This document shows, in pieces, positions 59,408-64,000 of a stretch of 64,000 nucleotides of DNA. How positions within the stretch are numbered: the stretch's first letter is position 1; each line of letters opens with the position of its first letter. The translations under genes were made by a program, and so were the position numbers. The stretch covers positions 38,743 through 102,742 of IMG/VR virus record IMGVR_UViG_3300032038_000035; one strand, given 5' to 3'. Under the pieces are notes generated by a model that saw only the letters and a program-made list of their open reading frames with translations, searched no databases and was not told the DNA's origin. The DNA is from a virus. Lineage: Duplodnaviria > Caudoviricetes.

Positions 59408-60049
59408 TTAATTGATTTGGTCTCTTATATTATTTATCGTACTCTGTTGTTTATCCAGATGCTTATTTACTGCAGCAGTTATTTGTTTATCTTTCTTAGC
59501 TAACCATGCATTGATTAGTGAACCCATATCAAATCCATCATATAATGTCATAATAATGCCAAAGATATCTTCTCCAAGCATTCCCATTAATACGCCTAAT
59601 AATATCTGAACGAATTCGTTTACGTTAGATGCATTCTCTAAGCTCTTAGATTTTGCTTCCACTGATTTCTTTATAGTAAATTCATCTATCTTACCAAGAC
59701 GCATATAGTAATTATCTATAAATTTTTTACCATCTTCTGTAAGATCTGTGTATTTTACTACAGTAGATTCCCTATTTATATTAGGCTTAACATAACGATG
59801 CTGTATAAGATATGATACAGATTTAGCTGTTTCTGTCTTTGCTGTATTCTTAGGAATACCATTCTTTACCATCTTATCATAGCTTACTATAGTAGCTTTA
59901 GATTTGAGATGCGTAGTTATTATTTTAACAAGACGATTTGCTACCCAAAGTGTGAAGTTTGCGACAGTAATCGCAGTAAGTGCATCTTCACTAGCAGGTT
60001 CAAAATAGTCTTCATCGAATATGGACTTAGAATCTATCATCAGTTTCAC
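59408..60049 (-). CDS. putative processed head protein with membrane hairpin (single-domain paralog)
   Basis: IFDEDYFEPASE propeptide; Y.DL..DGK motif; late AACA-TTTTTT-TA promoter. Confidence 0.6.
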   Translation of the reverse strand: MKLMIDSKSIFDEDYFEPASEDALTAITVANFTLWVANRLVKIITTHLKSKATIVSYDKMVKNGIPKNTAKTETAKSVSYLIQHRYVKPNINRESTVVKYTDLTEDGKKFIDNYYMRLGKIDEFTIKKSVEAKSKSLENASNVNEFVQILLGVLMGMLGEDIFGIIMTLYDGFDMGSLINAWLAKKDKQITAAVNKHLDKQQSTINNIRDQIN

Positions 60050-60132
60050 CTCATTAAATTCAATATTAAAAAAATGTTTTCCGCCATTATGCCATAAAAT
60101 ACGGGTATACCAATTTCGGTATACCCGTATAA

Positions 60133-60378
60133 TTAAAACTCTATCTCGGTAAATGTACCATCTTTGTTTTGTATAGTGAATTTAGCTTTATGTGCTTTAT
60201 GATTGAATTCACATAAATTTACTTTTTCGACGTTATTTAATATTTTTAAATGTGTACAGAATTCGATAAAGTTGTCATAATAATCACCTAATAATTGGTG
60301 ACATTTTTCTTCATCAAATTTGCCTTCACTGGTTACTACTCTGGATAGTACATTCATACGAGAGTTTGATTTATCCAT
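60133..60378 (-). CDS. hypothetical protein
   Basis: GGAGGTG RBS. Confidence 0.65.
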   Translation of the reverse strand: MDKSNSRMNVLSRVVTSEGKFDEEKCHQLLGDYYDNFIEFCTHLKILNNVEKVNLCEFNHKAHKAKFTIQNKDGTFTEIEF

Positions 60379-60401
60379 ATAAATCTACACCTCCGTATTA
60401 A

Positions 60402-60620
60402 TTATCCAAATAATGCTCCCAGAGCTCCAATAGATTTTTTCTGCTCTGCAACTATTGGAACTCTAAACTTTCTAAGATATCCTAATTCTTTATAGGTCAT
60501 ATTGTATATATCAGATATAGAAAGTTGACCTTTAAACAATTCGAGTGTTTCCACTATATAATGGAAATATGACTCTATTATTCTATACCCGATCCCATTC
60601 TCTGGGCTTTTAGAAAAACC
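60402..60620 (-). CDS. -1 frame extension of tail assembly chaperone (gpT/gp51-like)
   Basis: Open -1 frame from GGTTTTT (60620-60614) to TAA at 60402; SISDIYNMTYKELGYL motif; no RBS for an independent start. Confidence 0.6.
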   Translation of the reverse strand, partial: GFSKSPENGIGYRIIESYFHYIVETLELFKGQLSISDIYNMTYKELGYLRKFRVPIVAEQKKSIGALGALFG

Positions 60621-62128
60621 AGCGAGGGAATATCAATGGGTGTTGTTATTTCATTACCACACTTATCGCATGTGTATGTAAGCGTTGTCTCATATGTGTA
60701 AGACTTGTTGGCAACAAGTTTCTGTGTATACAGATTGAACTCAGGCTCTATAGCATCAGATACGATATCATAGATATCCTTGGGCTCTGTTACTTCAGTA
60801 TATACAGCTTCACCATCTTCTTCTCCACAATAGAGATAAATCTTTGCTATATGAATAGCAATGCTATAATATACTTCAGATAACTGATTTTCTGCATTAT
60901 CAGTTATGAAATCAGCAAATGCAAGTGCTCTAGCACAAGAAGGTGTCTCTATATCATAAATATTTTTTGTTATAGAAGACTGGTATCTATGACCTACATT
61001 CTTTTCATCTCTGAATTTTAACATCTTATCGATGTCATTATTATTCTTGATTATGCCATTATATATCTCTTTGAAATTGTCTTGCATCTTTTCAGTGTCA
61101 AACTTCAAGAGATCTTTTACATTATATGCAAAATCAAACTTATGACGTTCAGTCTTGCCATCCTTAACATCTACGCATAACTCATTTTGGCAATCGAACT
61201 TAGATGTTACTATCTCAGTAGATGATGCTACATATATTGCATACAGTGCAGCAGTGAGATCCGCATATGCAAACCAGTTTAAGAAGTTATCTTTAGTAAG
61301 AATCAGAGATCCAGATTCAGAATATTTCTTCTTAGTGGTAGATGATACAAACTTATCATAAATGAGATCCATCTGCTTTATAAGTCTGGTCTTATATGTG
61401 TCATTATCAGACCAATACAGATTAACCAGATTAAGAGTTGAAGTACCATCGAATGTGCACATATCTACAGTATTAATACACGGAATCATAAATCTTGTAA
61501 GATTGCATGTATTAAGCTTAGCTATACTAATAGGCATAGAAGACGGATGCTTCTTTATCTTGATATGCTTAAGCTCGGCATCTTCTACTTCAACCAGTCT
61601 TATAGCAGATGCCTTATGAACTTTAGCCTGATCTTCGGGAGCTATCACGATTTTATCAGAATCGGTCTTGTCTACCTTTATAATAGCTATCTCAGGATTG
61701 TTTGTCTTGTATTCGTTAACTTCTTCAATAGCTCTCTTCTCGGCACGCTTTTCTGCTGCAGCTGTAGCTTCTTCATCAGTAAAGCCTTTATTGATTATAA
61801 GATTCTTCTTATAAGCTTCTATCTCATCCTCAATAGCTTTCATCTTCTTAGCGAATACATTATCATCCTTAGTCGCAATATAAGAAAGATTCTGAGATAT
61901 AATATTCTGAAGTCTTTTCTTATCAGCGTCTCCTGATACAGGTTTATATGTACCTATATCATCAAAGTTGGAAGAATTGATATCGATTATACCAGAATCT
62001 TCTATATGTATGCTTTCGTTAGTGTTTGATTTCTCCGTTACCTCGTTATTGATATTAGATGCATCAACTATATCGTCGATACCCTCCATATCTTCATTAG
62101 TAATACCATTATTAAATTCATTATTCAT
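60578..62128 (-). CDS. T4 gp26-like baseplate hub / tail assembly chaperone
   Basis: ADL..LYAIYVAS; CQNELC and C-terminal CDKCG; LVF at the slippery site. Confidence 0.65.
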   Translation of the reverse strand: MNNEFNNGITNEDMEGIDDIVDASNINNEVTEKSNTNESIHIEDSGIIDINSSNFDDIGTYKPVSGDADKKRLQNIISQNLSYIATKDDNVFAKKMKAIEDEIEAYKKNLIINKGFTDEEATAAAEKRAEKRAIEEVNEYKTNNPEIAIIKVDKTDSDKIVIAPEDQAKVHKASAIRLVEVEDAELKHIKIKKHPSSMPISIAKLNTCNLTRFMIPCINTVDMCTFDGTSTLNLVNLYWSDNDTYKTRLIKQMDLIYDKFVSSTTKKKYSESGSLILTKDNFLNWFAYADLTAALYAIYVASSTEIVTSKFDCQNELCVDVKDGKTERHKFDFAYNVKDLLKFDTEKMQDNFKEIYNGIIKNNNDIDKMLKFRDEKNVGHRYQSSITKNIYDIETPSCARALAFADFITDNAENQLSEVYYSIAIHIAKIYLYCGEEDGEAVYTEVTEPKDIYDIVSDAIEPEFNLYTQKLVANKSYTYETTLTYTCDKCGNEITTPIDIPSLVFLKAQRMGSGIE

Positions 62129-62244
62129 AATAGGTTACTCTCCTTTATAATAATTTATGGTAATGTATGTATGCGTATTTTGCTATACATGCATTTTAAA
62201 AAACAACTTTGTAATATAATTTTAGTTTAAGGAGTGAGATAATA

Positions 62245-63612
62245 GTGAACGAACTTGCAATATTTAATGATTCGTATTTCGATATGCATGATAACTATGA
62301 CTACGAATTATATTCTGCAAACGAAGGTTTAAGTGATGTCGGCGATGCGATATCTGGGTTTTTTGCAAAAATCGGAGAAAGTATAAAGAAGCTCAGCGAA
62401 AAGAATGACATTCGTGTTTCAGATTATGTTAAATGTGGATATTCTAAAGGCGAAGCTGTTAAATTAGTAAAGAAAACCGCAAGCTTTTTAAATCAGAATG
62501 GACTCGTTAAGAACTATATAGATGTGAATGCAATAAATGAAAACTCTGTAATTTCTTATCATAAGGATTTAAATTCGGATGGTAAGAAATTGTATAAAGC
62601 CGCAGTTGATACGTTTAAGCAATGCTATAAGAACAAGGGCTCTGAAATTATACCTACATATATGCAAAGAGCTAGGACTCATTTAGACAACGCAGAATCA
62701 AAAGAAAAAACTGTCGTATTTATTATCAATTTAATCATTTCAATTGTTATTGCATTATTTAACATTGGCGCGGTAAGTACAGCGGTCGATTGGATACCGG
62801 TTCTTGGTCCAATGATATCCGGTGGTGCCGCAGTTGCTATTATAATTGCTGGTCTATTTGGTTTAGGATTAGTTACACTAATCGCGAACTATATTATCGG
62901 TAGTAAATATAATAAGAAACGTGATAAGGTTATGATGGCTACAAACTATCGTAGCACTGAATCCACTGATATATTTGATACTGATCACTTTGAAGATGTC
63001 GCTATGGAAGCCGACGTTGGATTAAAGCGTACTGTTGCTGGATTTTTAGGTTCATTACCGGCATTGATATATGAAGCAATTCACGATAGTCATATAGACC
63101 AGTCTGTTGTTGTAAGTGTTAATGCTATAATGGCTAATGGATTCAGTAGAGACAAAGCTAAGAAGATGGCTAGACAGACTATTGAATTCTTTAAGAAAAA
63201 AGGATTCTTAAGATATGCAGTATCTCCGGATACCGAAGTATTAATGTACAACGATCTTAATGATTATGGTAAACAATTTGTACGTGGCTATTATGATGCG
63301 ATAGATGATATACAACCTGCAGATATGCAGAAGATAATCAGAGCAAAACAGAGCAACCATAAATCTACCACAGGCGGCACTATATTTGCTTGGATACATT
63401 ACATATTATCAGCATTCGCGTTTGGTTGGAACGTTGGTACAGCTGGTTTGGCTGGACTAATCTTCTCATCAGTTGACTTTGGTATAAGCGCTGTTTCATT
63501 GACAAAAATTGAAAGTGAAAGAGCGAATAGAAAATTCTTTGATAATACGTATATCGATAGTTCAGATGTAAGAGAATCTGTAGACGTGTTTGATGAGGAT
63601 TACTTCATTTAA
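62245..63612 (+). CDS. putative processed head polyprotein with two homologous membrane-hairpin domains
   Basis: Acidic propeptides ending ANE and AME; duplicated domain; hydrophobic hairpins; late AACA-ACTTTG-TA promoter. Confidence 0.65.
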   Translation: MNELAIFNDSYFDMHDNYDYELYSANEGLSDVGDAISGFFAKIGESIKKLSEKNDIRVSDYVKCGYSKGEAVKLVKKTASFLNQNGLVKNYIDVNAINENSVISYHKDLNSDGKKLYKAAVDTFKQCYKNKGSEIIPTYMQRARTHLDNAESKEKTVVFIINLIISIVIALFNIGAVSTAVDWIPVLGPMISGGAAVAIIIAGLFGLGLVTLIANYIIGSKYNKKRDKVMMATNYRSTESTDIFDTDHFEDVAMEADVGLKRTVAGFLGSLPALIYEAIHDSHIDQSVVVSVNAIMANGFSRDKAKKMARQTIEFFKKKGFLRYAVSPDTEVLMYNDLNDYGKQFVRGYYDAIDDIQPADMQKIIRAKQSNHKSTTGGTIFAWIHYILSAFAFGWNVGTAGLAGLIFSSVDFGISAVSLTKIESERANRKFFDNTYIDSSDVRESVDVFDEDYFI

Positions 63613-63705
63613 TAATAATTCATTTATATATACTAATAGTAGAAGCTAAAGCAAAATTAGCTTCTACTATTATCAATTTCTTTCTTTATTAACAGGAGGT
63701 ATAAT

Positions 63706-64000
63706 ATGGCATTTTGTAGTTTTAAACTTGAGGATTTCACAAGGAGAATCAGTAGTGACAAATTCGAACTTGGTAGAGAGTATGCGATGACACTAGCTCC
63801 AGGATTTAACATGGATAGTCGTATAAGCTGGTTCAGGGCATTTGAGTTTACCAATAAAGGTAATAAGATCGCATCAGATGATGCAAAAATGTTTTCTAAT
63901 CCAGAATTTGGATCCTCACAGGCTATATGTAAACAGTCGTATGACATAGTGCATAAGGAAAAGTTTACTATAGTATATTTTAAATTCGTACCGAAAAATA
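63706..64000 (+). CDS. hypothetical protein, 3'-truncated by window
   Basis: AGGAGGTATAAT-ATG; frame open to the end of the window. Confidence 0.7.
   Translation, partial: MAFCSFKLEDFTRRISSDKFELGREYAMTLAPGFNMDSRISWFRAFEFTNKGNKIASDDAKMFSNPEFGSSQAICKQSYDIVHKEKFTIVYFKFVPKN

Noticed and set aside
1-64000. CRISPR array, tRNA or rRNA genes
   Set aside because: By eye I found no regularly spaced direct repeats, cloverleaf/T-loop signatures or rRNA motifs.
1-64000. Stop-codon reassignment
   Set aside because: Conserved genes (RNAP pieces, nrdD, primase) are full length in the standard code, and coding density is high.

Overview
This is a 64-kb segment of an AT-rich jumbo phage of the phiKZ/AR9(PBS1)-like group that encodes its own multisubunit RNA polymerases. 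Strong GGAGG ribosome-binding sites and an anaerobic class III ribonucleotide reductase point to an anaerobic Firmicutes host. Recognisable genes: two split RNAP beta-prime pieces, an AR9 gp226/phiKZ gp68-like sigma-like specificity subunit, DnaG-type primase, a FEN-like nuclease, a PolB-palm-like protein, a kinase, NrdD with a LAGLIDADG intein at the catalytic Cys, NrdG, an atypical ThyX-like protein, baseplate/tail genes, and probable protease-processed head proteins. Two promoter classes are readable directly: a bipartite early-type CCGTA-N19-TATATTCTA and an AR9-like late-type (A/G)ACA-N6-TA. Mapping them onto ORF-free gaps reveals a possible non-coding layer: two tandem late RNAs (about 470 nt with GNRA hairpins and about 280 nt G-rich), two structured early RNAs, and short late RNAs with anti-Shine-Dalgarno motifs matching the phage's own early-gene RBSs. 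Other observations: a probable -1 frameshifted tail chaperone, two apparent pseudo-enzymes (an MBL-fold protein and an ABC-type ATPase), a family of A-x-E-cleaved membrane-active head proteins, and a possible omega-like RNAP subunit. All protein family assignments come from motif recognition by eye, not database searches.
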